From contig CAZWMJ010000004.1 in assembly GCA_964635045.1 (NCBI GenBank), positions 2,205 through 66,204 of the forward strand: a stretch of DNA of 64,000 nucleotides, in the 5' to 3' direction. The stretch's first letter is position 1. Every line of letters begins with the position of its first letter. This DNA comes from an uncultured Gammaproteobacteria bacterium. GTDB taxonomy: Bacteria; Patescibacteriota; Microgenomatia; Levybacterales; UBA12049. Positions 53,641 to 62,226 of this stretch are shown here, in pieces. Position numbers and translations under genes: made by a program. Below the pieces are notes generated by a model. It was given only the letters and a program-made list of their open reading frames with translations. It did no database searches and was not told the DNA's origin.

Positions 53641-54354
53641 ATGGAAAAAGCAGCAGTAGAACAGCAAATTTATCCGGCGGCTCAACCCGTCTCTGACGCG
53701 GTTGTAGCTTTGCCTTTAACAGCAGAACAACAAAGAGCGGAAGAACAGCAAGCCGTGATGGAGGCGGAGCGATTATTGAGAATGGAGCCGAAGAATGCTT
53801 TGGAAGAGATTAGAGGGGAACTTCGGCGCTCGGCATTGGACAAAAATCAAACTCCCGATGAAGAAGAAATCGGTCAAGCGGCGGAAGGTGAATTAAGTCA
53901 AAGAACAAAACCGGCAGTAGAAAAGCGCGAGGCGGAAGCTTTCCTAAAAATGCCCAAAGAAGCGGCTTTGCAGGTGATAAAAGAGACGCTTAGAAATAAA
54001 TATCTGCTGGAAGGTAAAGGGGTGGTAAGCGATGGGCAGTTGTTGAAGGAGGCGGAAGACCAGTTTTACTACCAAAAAGCGCAGGCTCTCACTATATTGG
54101 GAAAGGTTAATCGGAAAATTACCGAAGACAAGCTATACCGAAAATTGACCAAGGATACAAGACTGATGGGCAGAATTGCCAAAGAGGCTAAAGAGGGCAA
54201 AGATCCTAACGTACTTCTTTTGGCCGAGTATCTGAAGAAAAAAGATAAGAAAGGATTAACCATGTGGCTGATGCTGGCTATCTTGGCAATATTCGGCAAG
54301 GTTATCTACGATAATCTGTTTGAACCAATGACTTTGGGAAAGGACAAAATATGA
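53641..54354 (+). CDS. tail-anchored helical protein, paralog of the 50672..51802 C-half
   Basis: 237 aa. The C-terminus is AEYLKKKDKKGLTMWLMLAILAIFGKVIYDNLFEPM. Its stop overlaps the next start (ATGA). Confidence 0.6.
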   Translation: MEKAAVEQQIYPAAQPVSDAVVALPLTAEQQRAEEQQAVMEAERLLRMEPKNALEEIRGELRRSALDKNQTPDEEEIGQAAEGELSQRTKPAVEKREAEAFLKMPKEAALQVIKETLRNKYLLEGKGVVSDGQLLKEAEDQFYYQKAQALTILGKVNRKITEDKLYRKLTKDTRLMGRIAKEAKEGKDPNVLLLAEYLKKKDKKGLTMWLMLAILAIFGKVIYDNLFEPMTLGKDKI

Positions 54355-57300
54355 AAGAGGAAAAAGCACTTGCAAATCATGGTCAAACCGTATACTCTGA
54401 AAGGGGAAAGGATAATATGGCAGAGCCGGTAGCAACTTTAGAACGACCTAGCGGGCGGGTCTCCAATGGAGACTCCAATGGAGAAGCGCGTGCAGCTTTA
54501 AGAGTCACGAATAAAGCCGTTTCGAAGGAGGAACAAGCAAAAGAAGAAATTGGGAAAGCGATCAAGCAGTTTGTCAAAGAAGAGGTTGATAGAGAGGAAG
54601 CTCCACGTTTAATTGAGCAGGAGGCGCAAGCCGCCACAGTACCGGATGGCGTAAAAAATTATTTCCCCCATATTCCTGCGGGAATGGGAGGCGCTGTTTC
54701 GGATTTTTACCAAGAGCTGGGAAAATTAACAACCAAAGACGCCTATATCTACTATAAATATATCCCCGCCGAATTTTTCATCAGACACTATCTTAGGCTG
54801 AGAAAGCAGGCGGAGGAAAAAGGTCAGGACATTTCCTTTCTGTCGGAGATTAAGAAAGAACTGGCAGACCGCAAGATAAACGCGGACAGCTTATACAGTC
54901 AAGCTAAGGGATCCCTGACCATGGAGCGGCAGAGGAGAAGGCATTGGAGAGGGGAGGTAAAGGCGGGAAGAGTCAGCGCGCAGGATGCGGCATTTGCCAT
55001 CGGTCGTGATGTGGCCATGGCAGGCGGAGGGGCGAGCGGACTTGATTTAAGCGGCATCACCGACCCCATACTTCGGGCAAAAGGAGAGGAAATAAATGAT
55101 CAAATAGCCATACTGGGTGAGCAATATAACGAGCTTCGTAGCCGTTGGGGTGAAGTAAGCGGCCTAAACGGGACAGTACCCCACGATCAAAAAAAGCTTC
55201 TTCTTAATCAGATAAATGAGGCGATGAAAAGAGCGCGGGAAGAACAGCGTAAAGAGGAAGAAAAATATCGATATACCAAGCCGGGAGTAGGTATTAGCGG
55301 AGAACGTACCCTTTTTCCAGAAGATATTGCGAAGATTGAAGCGGATATAGATGAGTTGACGAAAAAAGCAGTGGAAAAAGCCAAACTTCCCGATGGCAGA
55401 GAGCTTAAAGGAGAGAATATTGATTACTATTTTAATCGCATATTTAACAGGGTAGATTCATTAAGAAGCTTAGAGTTTGACAAGGCGATGGGTTATGGAG
55501 CAAACAGAGAGCATGAGGATTTTACCAGAGAACTTAGTAGCATGAAAAATGAAGCAAGCAGAAAGTATCAGGAAGCAACTGATCCCAAAGAGCGTAAGCA
55601 TCAGGAGTATAAACGGGAAATAATTCAGCGATTTCTGGATAAATATTCGGAGGAGACTGATGTGAGAAGACTTTTACATAATGCCTTTTTTATCGCAGAT
55701 ACAGAGGGAGAATTCAAGGATTTTGCCGGGTATTGCAAGTCTTTTGCTTCAAAGTATGCCGATCAGGCCTTTTTGGACAAGCCGGAGGTGGCGGTGGCCT
55801 TGCGTGTTCGGGAATATATACTGTATGAAATAAAACGGGAGAATAAGGGGCTGATACCGCCGGAGCTGGTTAGTTATTCGCCAGAAAGAGGAGAGAGTGT
55901 TTGGGAACAGCGCTCAAAAGAACTGCTTACAATAGAAAATAATAATGGCACATTTGGCAGAACACTTGATGATTGGGAGATTGACAGAGCTATGTCTCTT
56001 TCCCGGGGCCTGGGTATGGTATTTTTGCGTTTTCCGGAGATTATAGCGGAAATAGCCACTCCCACCCCCACAGGAACGATGCAGTCTAAAAAAAGTATAG
56101 TTTGGGAAAAACTGGCTTGGGATTTAAATCCGCTGGATCATCGCATCAAGCGCTACGAAACCCAGTTTGGGTTAAGAGCTATTCTTTACGCGGCCAAAAA
56201 AAGGATGCAAGGACAAAAGCTGTGGAATCAAGACGAGCTTCATAATTTTGTGGCGCTGGATGCCGTGGCCACCATGGTTGGGAGGATTATTGACTTTAGA
56301 AATATCTTCAGAAACGGCGGACCTTTCACTTGGGTACCATGGAGACCATTTGTGGCCGCCATAGATGAAGGTGTAGATATAGACGGATCTGCCGGCGATG
56401 CCATCGAAAAATATCGGGGTTTTTTGGGCACAGATCCCGGTATAGCGGCCAAAATGTTTTTTAACAGATATAAATATAAAAATATGACTTTCGATAAACT
56501 TGAGTTTATGAGGGATGCCCCAAAACAACAATACTCAAGTGATAAGGCTAAGCTTGAGGCGTGGCAGGGTAAAGACGGTAAAGGTGGAAAAAAGAAAGAG
56601 CTGGAAGGTAAATATAAAGGAGAATGGGGAAAGGCAAACGAAGAAATGTGGAAAGGCGCCGCCAACAGAGTGCCTCATGTGATCTTAAGACTGATGCTGG
56701 ATGAGCATAACGGACTTTTATCGGAAAAAGAGCGGTTAGATTTAATTGAAAAAATATCTGGCAACTTGGGGGTAAGCTATTTTTCTACGGACTTCTCTAA
56801 AATTGAAAGAGATTTAGTCGCTGCCAAAGAAAATATGATGAAGCGAAGAAGAGAAAAGGGAAAGGATTTTACAGAGGCCGAAAACCAGTTGTTGGAAGAA
56901 GATTTTAAGATTATAGGAAAAGGTGAGGAGCCAGAGCAAGATCCAGCAAAGGAACAGAGGCGACAAGAAGAAATAAATAGACGAATAGAAATGGCCAAAG
57001 AGCTGCGGAAGATGGTGGTAGACCGTCTTGACAAGGATGATGATTTAATGAAAAAGCTTTTGGAAAGAGACGGAGTTGACCAGGATGTCAATACCAACTG
57101 GTCCTATTGTCCAACCCTGGAAGACACCGCTTTGGACGAATATCGTTATGAGCAGACGGGAGCAAGAGGGTTTTTCTCCAGAAAAATCACCGACGCCTTT
57201 TCGGTGTCCGAGGCTGGAGATGAGCTTCTTAATTTAATTAAGCAGATGCCCAATTTTCGCAATGCCGAGGATATTGTGGAGCAGCTTAAGAAAATTTATT

Positions 57301-57719
57301 ACAAAGTGGAAGGCTATAACAAAGAGGCGGCTCAGGATGCTATTGGCACCATAGCTATTGGCATTATTCGCTTTTTTGAGAAAGACGGCATCTTGAAAGT
57401 GCCCATTTATGGAGAAATGAAGCAGTTTCTGAACGCATGGCGTCCTGGAGACAAGGCCAGAGGCAATTCTTTTGCCCAAACCATCTATGGGGGCAGGGCG
57501 ATGGCGTGGGACTCGGACGATATTTATAATTTTACCGAGATGCTTAAAACCATGCTGGTGGATAAAGACCTAGGCGCCAAGCTTATTAAAAATATAAGGA
57601 ATGAAACAGGAGGGACGGCCCTGAAGGGATTTTTCCGAAAAAGCAAATTGGCCATATATCTGCTAATTCTTTTTGGTTTCTACGAATTTGCCAGTAAACT
57701 GATGACGGAGAAACAGTAG
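54351..57719 (+). CDS. large (1122 aa) charged helical protein with a single C-terminal TM anchor, unknown function
   Basis: One uninterrupted ORF, translationally coupled to 53641..54354. The C-terminal TM is KLAIYLLILFGFYEFASKLM. No nucleotide-binding motif seen. Confidence 0.65.
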   Translation: MKEEKALANHGQTVYSERGKDNMAEPVATLERPSGRVSNGDSNGEARAALRVTNKAVSKEEQAKEEIGKAIKQFVKEEVDREEAPRLIEQEAQAATVPDGVKNYFPHIPAGMGGAVSDFYQELGKLTTKDAYIYYKYIPAEFFIRHYLRLRKQAEEKGQDISFLSEIKKELADRKINADSLYSQAKGSLTMERQRRRHWRGEVKAGRVSAQDAAFAIGRDVAMAGGGASGLDLSGITDPILRAKGEEINDQIAILGEQYNELRSRWGEVSGLNGTVPHDQKKLLLNQINEAMKRAREEQRKEEEKYRYTKPGVGISGERTLFPEDIAKIEADIDELTKKAVEKAKLPDGRELKGENIDYYFNRIFNRVDSLRSLEFDKAMGYGANREHEDFTRELSSMKNEASRKYQEATDPKERKHQEYKREIIQRFLDKYSEETDVRRLLHNAFFIADTEGEFKDFAGYCKSFASKYADQAFLDKPEVAVALRVREYILYEIKRENKGLIPPELVSYSPERGESVWEQRSKELLTIENNNGTFGRTLDDWEIDRAMSLSRGLGMVFLRFPEIIAEIATPTPTGTMQSKKSIVWEKLAWDLNPLDHRIKRYETQFGLRAILYAAKKRMQGQKLWNQDELHNFVALDAVATMVGRIIDFRNIFRNGGPFTWVPWRPFVAAIDEGVDIDGSAGDAIEKYRGFLGTDPGIAAKMFFNRYKYKNMTFDKLEFMRDAPKQQYSSDKAKLEAWQGKDGKGGKKKELEGKYKGEWGKANEEMWKGAANRVPHVILRLMLDEHNGLLSEKERLDLIEKISGNLGVSYFSTDFSKIERDLVAAKENMMKRRREKGKDFTEAENQLLEEDFKIIGKGEEPEQDPAKEQRRQEEINRRIEMAKELRKMVVDRLDKDDDLMKKLLERDGVDQDVNTNWSYCPTLEDTALDEYRYEQTGARGFFSRKITDAFSVSEAGDELLNLIKQMPNFRNAEDIVEQLKKIYYKVEGYNKEAAQDAIGTIAIGIIRFFEKDGILKVPIYGEMKQFLNAWRPGDKARGNSFAQTIYGGRAMAWDSDDIYNFTEMLKTMLVDKDLGAKLIKNIRNETGGTALKGFFRKSKLAIYLLILFGFYEFASKLMTEKQ

Positions 57720-57722
57720 TTA

Positions 57723-59495
57723 TTATGATTGTTGACCCCCGCCTCCTCCTTGGCTTGGATAAGGAGCCACACCTCCGCCCCCTACTGCCGCATTGAGGGC
57801 GCCGCTCCAATCTCCTTTTTTCAAAAACCCAAAGGCCGAACCGGCCCTTTTCATACTGACCAGACCGCCATAGGGAGAGAAGACATTATGGGCGATATCT
57901 TTTCCCATCATCGGAGCGATCATCGCTCCCTGACCGATGCTGGCTCCGAACTTGAACTGGGGGGCTTTAAGGGCTTCTTTCATCATGTTCACTACCTGGG
58001 GAGTTAAAAGCAGTATGGCAAGACCAATCAAAGAACCGAGAGGACTGAATTGCGCTCCCGATGGATTGCCAACAAGGGGAGGCACAAATATTTCCTTAGC
58101 CGTACCCGGTTGGTTGAAGGCTTCCATAAAAACCTTTCCCAGAAGCAGCATGCCGATGGTGACCGGAAAAGCGGACAGATTGGCCAGAATGTCTTTCAGC
58201 CAGGCCCCAAAACCGACCGGACTGCCCGGTATCAGCCCAAAAACAATCCAAAAAGGAGCCATCACCACATCAATCAGGATAAAAACATAGGCCTTGAGAA
58301 GCTCGAAGCCAAGCCGAACAAGGGCAAAAAAAATAGCTATGAGCATAAATATAAATACAATTAGAAATGGTAGTCCCCATCTCAAAATCGTTTGCATAAG
58401 TGGATACATTACACCTGCGGCAATCCAGCCCGCAACGGGTCCAGTGGGTATTTTAACCCCAAGCCATGTTCCAGTGTCCGATAAATCGTTAATATGACTT
58501 CCAAACGCGAAGGCTGAAAATAAACTAATCAGATTCACCATAGTATCTACGATACTAAAATCTCCACTGCCAGTAACAAACTGCCCAATATTTCCTATGA
58601 AACTGAGAGGATTAAAGACAGCACCAAAATCCGTCTTTAAATTCAAAGAACTGGCTATAATTTCCCGAAAAGACAGGGCTAGGTCTTTACTCATACCGGA
58701 AATGCTTATCAAACCGCCCATTCCGTCTACAGGGTTTTTCCCCTGTAAGTTCGCAGGATTTAAATCCTTGAAAACATTAGGATCAAGTTTCATAAGCGGC
58801 GCGCTGCCCGAAATGATATTAAATACCAGATAAATCATCACCCACATCAAGTCAATCAAAAATCCGGCAATGGCAAAGGAAAAAGTGACCAGGATAAGAC
58901 CGATAATTATTTTGGGGATTTGATTTTCAATGGTCATGACAGTTCTGGGATCAATTTTGACTCTCAGCATAATGGCCAAACCGATAAAAACAAAAGCTAC
59001 CACAAAGCCCAGATAGACGATGTTTCTGAATGTTGACCACAGACCCATCAACGGAGAAAGAGAAGTAAAGCCGGTTCCCTGAGCATAGGTTTTTTTGACG
59101 AAACCGAAGTTGTCAGCCAGATAGCGGAAATAATCGCCGCTGTGAAGCGGCGGAGTAAACAGGGTACTCATTAATTGGGTTGTAACTCCAATTGCCCCTC
59201 CACCCTGTCCTGAGTTTGCCGAAGGGACAAATCCTATATTGCCTGTTTGTTGATCTATTCCCAGACATGGTTGTTGGGGATTGGTGGGGTCAATGCCGGC
59301 CAGCTGGCAACTCATGGCTGCCATGACTTCAATCATCACGTTTTGAGTCCAATTGTGCAGATTATTGGGTACATTGGGGGGAGCGTAGGGATTGGGTGCT
59401 TGGGCTGACACCGGCAGGGCGGCTAGTAACAAGTAACAAGTAACAAGTAACAAGGAGGCGAGAAAAAATAATTTTATTCGGGCAGGAAAACGCAT
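57723..59495 (-). CDS. polytopic membrane protein, VirB6/TrbL-like T4SS channel candidate
   Basis: The start is chosen at MRFPARIKLFFLASLLLVTCYLLLAALPVSAQA, a signal peptide. At least 8 TM helices follow, with a Gly-rich C-tail. The track ORF extends to 59609 through a mini-repeat. Confidence 0.5.
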   Translation of the reverse strand: MRFPARIKLFFLASLLLVTCYLLLAALPVSAQAPNPYAPPNVPNNLHNWTQNVMIEVMAAMSCQLAGIDPTNPQQPCLGIDQQTGNIGFVPSANSGQGGGAIGVTTQLMSTLFTPPLHSGDYFRYLADNFGFVKKTYAQGTGFTSLSPLMGLWSTFRNIVYLGFVVAFVFIGLAIMLRVKIDPRTVMTIENQIPKIIIGLILVTFSFAIAGFLIDLMWVMIYLVFNIISGSAPLMKLDPNVFKDLNPANLQGKNPVDGMGGLISISGMSKDLALSFREIIASSLNLKTDFGAVFNPLSFIGNIGQFVTGSGDFSIVDTMVNLISLFSAFAFGSHINDLSDTGTWLGVKIPTGPVAGWIAAGVMYPLMQTILRWGLPFLIVFIFMLIAIFFALVRLGFELLKAYVFILIDVVMAPFWIVFGLIPGSPVGFGAWLKDILANLSAFPVTIGMLLLGKVFMEAFNQPGTAKEIFVPPLVGNPSGAQFSPLGSLIGLAILLLTPQVVNMMKEALKAPQFKFGASIGQGAMIAPMMGKDIAHNVFSPYGGLVSMKRAGSAFGFLKKGDWSGALNAAVGGGGVAPYPSQGGGGGQQS

Positions 59496-59539
59496 TCTGT
59501 TTTGAGTATGAAGATTTTTTAATCGGATGTCAAGCGTAA

Positions 59540-59601
59540 GCGCCGACACTGAGCCCTGAGCCTGCCTGCCCTGAACCTGCTGAATGGGTCGAAGGGTCGA
59601 A
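59540..59601. repeat. GC-rich mini-repeat of the CCTGAGC...GTCGAAGG family
   Basis: The sequence CCTGAGCCTGCCTGCCCTGAACCTGCTGAATGGGTCGAAGGGTCGAA has related copies at 52637-52663 (minus orientation), 60705-60722 and 62416-62434. Confidence 0.6.
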
Positions 59602-59620
59602 TGTGTCAAGTAAAGCGTTT

Positions 59621-60322
59621 TTAGCGGATTCGTTGAAGATGGGTAACGCCGGCTTTGGCCAAATCAGCTATTTTTTTCATCCGGGTTCCTTGATCGTTAT
59701 CCGTTGCTCCCATCACAAATGCCAAAATAGTAATATTACCATGTCGAGTGATAGCGAGAGCACCAGACTCGAATATACTAATAGGCTCGCCAGGAGGATT
59801 TGGTACAGTGGCGATAGATGGCGATGGTGGAGAAGCATTAAGGCTTGCGGTTGCATCTGCTTCATTACGATAAACTACAAATGCAATAAATATTCTGTCT
59901 AAATCACCAAACATTGAACCGGGTTCTGAAAAAGCCGCATTAACTTGACCGACAGCGCCTAGCGCTTTAGCGGCAGGAGAAAGATTGTCAGGGGATCGTC
60001 CTTTTATTTTCAAACCTGACACCGATCTTAGTTCATCAGGTGTAAATGGCGTTGCTAACAAAGCATCATATAGTTGTTTTGGAGATTTTTCTGGAGCGGT
60101 TGCCCTGAATCCGCCATCTGCAGCTCTTGTTGGAGTAGCTGTCGGATTTAGTGGAGGAATTGGTCGGCCATCCGGTGTTGCAGTTACAACTATTACTATT
60201 CGTTGAGGTGTTGGTGGGGGAGGTGATGCCAAATCGCATCCGGCTGTGCCTATAGCGGTAGTAGCAAGAAGAGCGGCTGCCATTCTTAATCGTGGTCGAG
60301 CCTCTTGTATCGCGCTCATCAT
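59621..60322 (-). CDS. putative lipoprotein, unknown function
   Basis: 233 aa. It has a lipobox-like signal (LLATTAIGTAGC) followed by a Pro-rich linker. Confidence 0.55.
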   Translation of the reverse strand: MMSAIQEARPRLRMAAALLATTAIGTAGCDLASPPPPTPQRIVIVVTATPDGRPIPPLNPTATPTRAADGGFRATAPEKSPKQLYDALLATPFTPDELRSVSGLKIKGRSPDNLSPAAKALGAVGQVNAAFSEPGSMFGDLDRIFIAFVVYRNEADATASLNASPPSPSIATVPNPPGEPISIFESGALAITRHGNITILAFVMGATDNDQGTRMKKIADLAKAGVTHLQRIR

Positions 60323-60402
60323 TTACAGGATAAAGATTTTTTATCCGCTTGTCAAGAGTGTTGCGGCAGGTATAATTATATACCTGCCAGCCAAGTTTGA
60401 CT

Positions 60403-60487
60403 TGGCGGAGGAAGAGGGATTCGAACCCACATGTCCTTTCGGACCCCAGTTTTCAAGACTGGTGAGCCACCATTGCTCAATTCCTCC
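60403..60487 (-). tRNA. tRNA-Ser (anticodon UGA), CCA encoded
   Basis: Manual fold. Acceptor GGAGGAA pairs with TTCCTCC. The anticodon arm is CCAGT-CTTGAAA-ACTGG. There is a long variable arm and T-loop TTCGAAT, with one U-U mismatch in the T stem. Confidence 0.8.
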
Positions 60488-60520
60488 AATGTTTACACTG
60501 AGGAGTGAAACGACGAAGTG

Positions 60521-60608
60521 CGGAGAGTACAGGATTCGAACCTGTGCGAGCGAATTTACGCTCAAGGGGTTAGCAACCCCTCGCTTTGGACCACTCAGCC
60601 AACTCTCC
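60521..60608 (-). tRNA. tRNA-Ser (anticodon GCU)
   Basis: Manual fold. Acceptor GGAGAGT pairs with ACTCTCC. The anticodon arm is AGGGG-TTGCTAA-CCCCT. There is a long variable arm and T-loop TTCGAAT. Confidence 0.85.
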
Positions 60609-60683
60609 CTGACTTGATTATACAATAAAATCCATCTGGTGAACATCTTGACTCCCACAACAATATGTTATACTGTAAAAGCA

Positions 60684-61304
60684 ATGACTGTCCAAAATCA
60701 AAATCCTGAGCTTGTCGAAGGACAAACATATTTACCCAAAGAACCTCTCGACCTGCCCAGAGAACCGTTGGATTTACCAAGTCCTTCATTCAACAGCCCA
60801 AACGAAGTAAAAACTCTTCTTTCCTGGAGCGCTCCCGGGCGGCCTTTTAGAAAACGGGGGAAGGAATATTATTTAAGCAGTCTTCTGATTATGTTTTTGG
60901 TGGAAATTATTCTTTTTCTTTTTTCGCAGTACGCTTTGATGGCGGTGGTTCTTAGTTTGGTTTTTGTGGCATTTGCCTTGGTGACTGTGCCGCCGCACGA
61001 TTTCCGCTATCGGATCAGCACGGAAGGGATAACAATTGAGGATCATTTTTTTCTATGGCAGGAACTGTATGATTTTTATTTCAAAAAAAGAGACGGAGTT
61101 GAAGTTCTTCATATCCGAACAGAGGCCTTTCTTCCGGGAGAGCTGACGCTGACGTTGGGAGAGGCAGACAAAGAGCGGATAAAGTCTGTTTTGCTTTCTT
61201 ATCTTCCTTACCGGGAAGTAGTCAGACCGACTTTTATGGAGAAATCCGCCAACTGGCTGTCCCGCAATTTTCCCCTGGAGCGGCAAACCTCTCAGCACAG
61301 TTAG
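60684..61304 (+). CDS. membrane protein, unknown function
   Basis: The start is moved to MTVQNQ. The N-terminus contains the mini-repeat-encoded NPELVEGQ and a PREPLDLP duplication. A two-TM hairpin and a soluble domain follow. Confidence 0.55.
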   Translation: MTVQNQNPELVEGQTYLPKEPLDLPREPLDLPSPSFNSPNEVKTLLSWSAPGRPFRKRGKEYYLSSLLIMFLVEIILFLFSQYALMAVVLSLVFVAFALVTVPPHDFRYRISTEGITIEDHFFLWQELYDFYFKKRDGVEVLHIRTEAFLPGELTLTLGEADKERIKSVLLSYLPYREVVRPTFMEKSANWLSRNFPLERQTSQHS

Positions 61305-61360
61305 TAAAATTTGTTTAGTGCGCCCGAAACGGCATCAGTAGTCCGAGTCTCTCTTCGCAC

Positions 61361-61804
61361 TTAGATTTTTGTAACATCTGTTCTTTTTGGATTTGATTTA
61401 TCTCCGAAAGCATCAGCTATGATATCATACAATTTTGTTTTGAAGGGAGCAGCGTGTGTAGCTACAAAGTCAACAAACGTTTCAGGTTCCGTAGGCCACC
61501 CGGCCTCCAAAAGAATAGAAGCATTAAGCGATAGCAGTCTTGCAAGAGCATCTTTATCTGCAACAAAGAGAGTATCACCAGGTCCGTTAAGTGACCCATC
61601 TTCTATTCTGAAAGATTTAACTAATTGACCTTTTCTTTCTGCTTCCCGTCTAATCATTTCAGGATCTCCGCCCAGAGTTTTTATTCTTTCTACGACTAAA
61701 TAACCCAAGGGTTTTTCAGGTCCAACGTTTAAATCGGCAAGAGAAGGTATTCGAGTTAGTGGATCTGCATATTCTCCTGTAATACCGGAACCGGCTTCAG
61801 CCAT
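61361..61804 (-). CDS. hypothetical soluble protein
   Basis: 147-aa ORF with non-repetitive, protein-like composition. It lies immediately downstream of tRNA-Arg(CCG) on the same strand. Confidence 0.5.
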   Translation of the reverse strand: MAEAGSGITGEYADPLTRIPSLADLNVGPEKPLGYLVVERIKTLGGDPEMIRREAERKGQLVKSFRIEDGSLNGPGDTLFVADKDALARLLSLNASILLEAGWPTEPETFVDFVATHAAPFKTKLYDIIADAFGDKSNPKRTDVTKI

Positions 61805-61845
61805 AATTTATTTTAGGAAAAAAATGAAAGGTTTGTCAAGAATTG

Positions 61846-61920
61846 TGTCCTCGGAGGGATTCGAACCCTCAAGTCTTCAGGTTCGGAACCTGACGCTCTA
61901 TCCAGTTGAACTACGAGGAC
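61846..61920 (-). tRNA. tRNA-Arg (anticodon CCG)
   Basis: Manual fold. Acceptor GTCCTCG pairs with CGAGGAC. The anticodon arm is TCAGG-TTCCGAA-CCTGA and the T-loop is TTCGAAT. Confidence 0.8.
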
Positions 61921-61925
61921 AGTTG

Positions 61926-62007
61926 CGGAGGGTAGAGGATTTGAACCTCTGAGGGATTACTCCCACTGGTTTTCGAAACCAGCGCCTTACCGCTCGGCCA
62001 ACCCTCC
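61926..62007 (-). tRNA. tRNA-Ser (anticodon CGA)
   Basis: Manual fold. Acceptor GGAGGGT pairs with ACCCTCC. The anticodon arm is CTGGT-TTCGAAA-ACCAG. There is a long variable arm and T-loop TTCAAAT. Confidence 0.85.
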
Positions 62008-62226
62008 ATTGCCCCCAGCTGGAGGCTTCTGTTCACTTACAAAAGTCTTTAATGCCTGCATGGCGCCATCTAAAGTTGAAAAAGGATTTCCTGGTAAAAA
62101 TTGCATTTCATAATCACCATCAACGTCTAAAGCCACTGTTCCAAAAACTTGAACAGGGCGAAACCCTTCATTTGTCCTAACAGTATCAAAACCAGATGGA
62201 ATTGGACCTTCTTTTAGATTTGCCAT
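61987..62226 (-). CDS. hypothetical 79-aa protein filling the gap between two tRNA genes
   Basis: The ORF spans the whole inter-tRNA spacer. Its ATG abuts the CCA end of tRNA-Arg(GCG), and its last 21 nt overlap the 5' end of tRNA-Ser(CGA). Composition is protein-like, but coding status is unproven. Confidence 0.35.
   Translation of the reverse strand: MANLKEGPIPSGFDTVRTNEGFRPVQVFGTVALDVDGDYEMQFLPGNPFSTLDGAMQALKTFVSEQKPPAGGNGGLAER

Noticed and set aside
59496-59609. The N-terminal 38-aa extension of the VirB6-like ORF (MTHSTLRPIQQVQGRQAQGSVSALTLD...).
   Set aside because: This stretch is the translation of a GC-rich mini-repeat copy. A canonical signal peptide starts at the internal Met (59495).
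59621-60322. The lipoprotein gene next to the tRNA cluster might be a horizontally acquired, GC-rich island.
   Set aside because: By eye its GC content is only modestly above the backbone. I cannot compute composition or codon statistics, and no integrase or direct repeats of tRNA 3' ends are visible.
60246-60789. ORFs 60246..60617 (+), 60341..60658 (-) and 60595..60789 (-).
   Set aside because: They run across two well-folding tRNA-Ser genes and a mini-repeat. They are artefacts of stop-poor structured RNA sequence.
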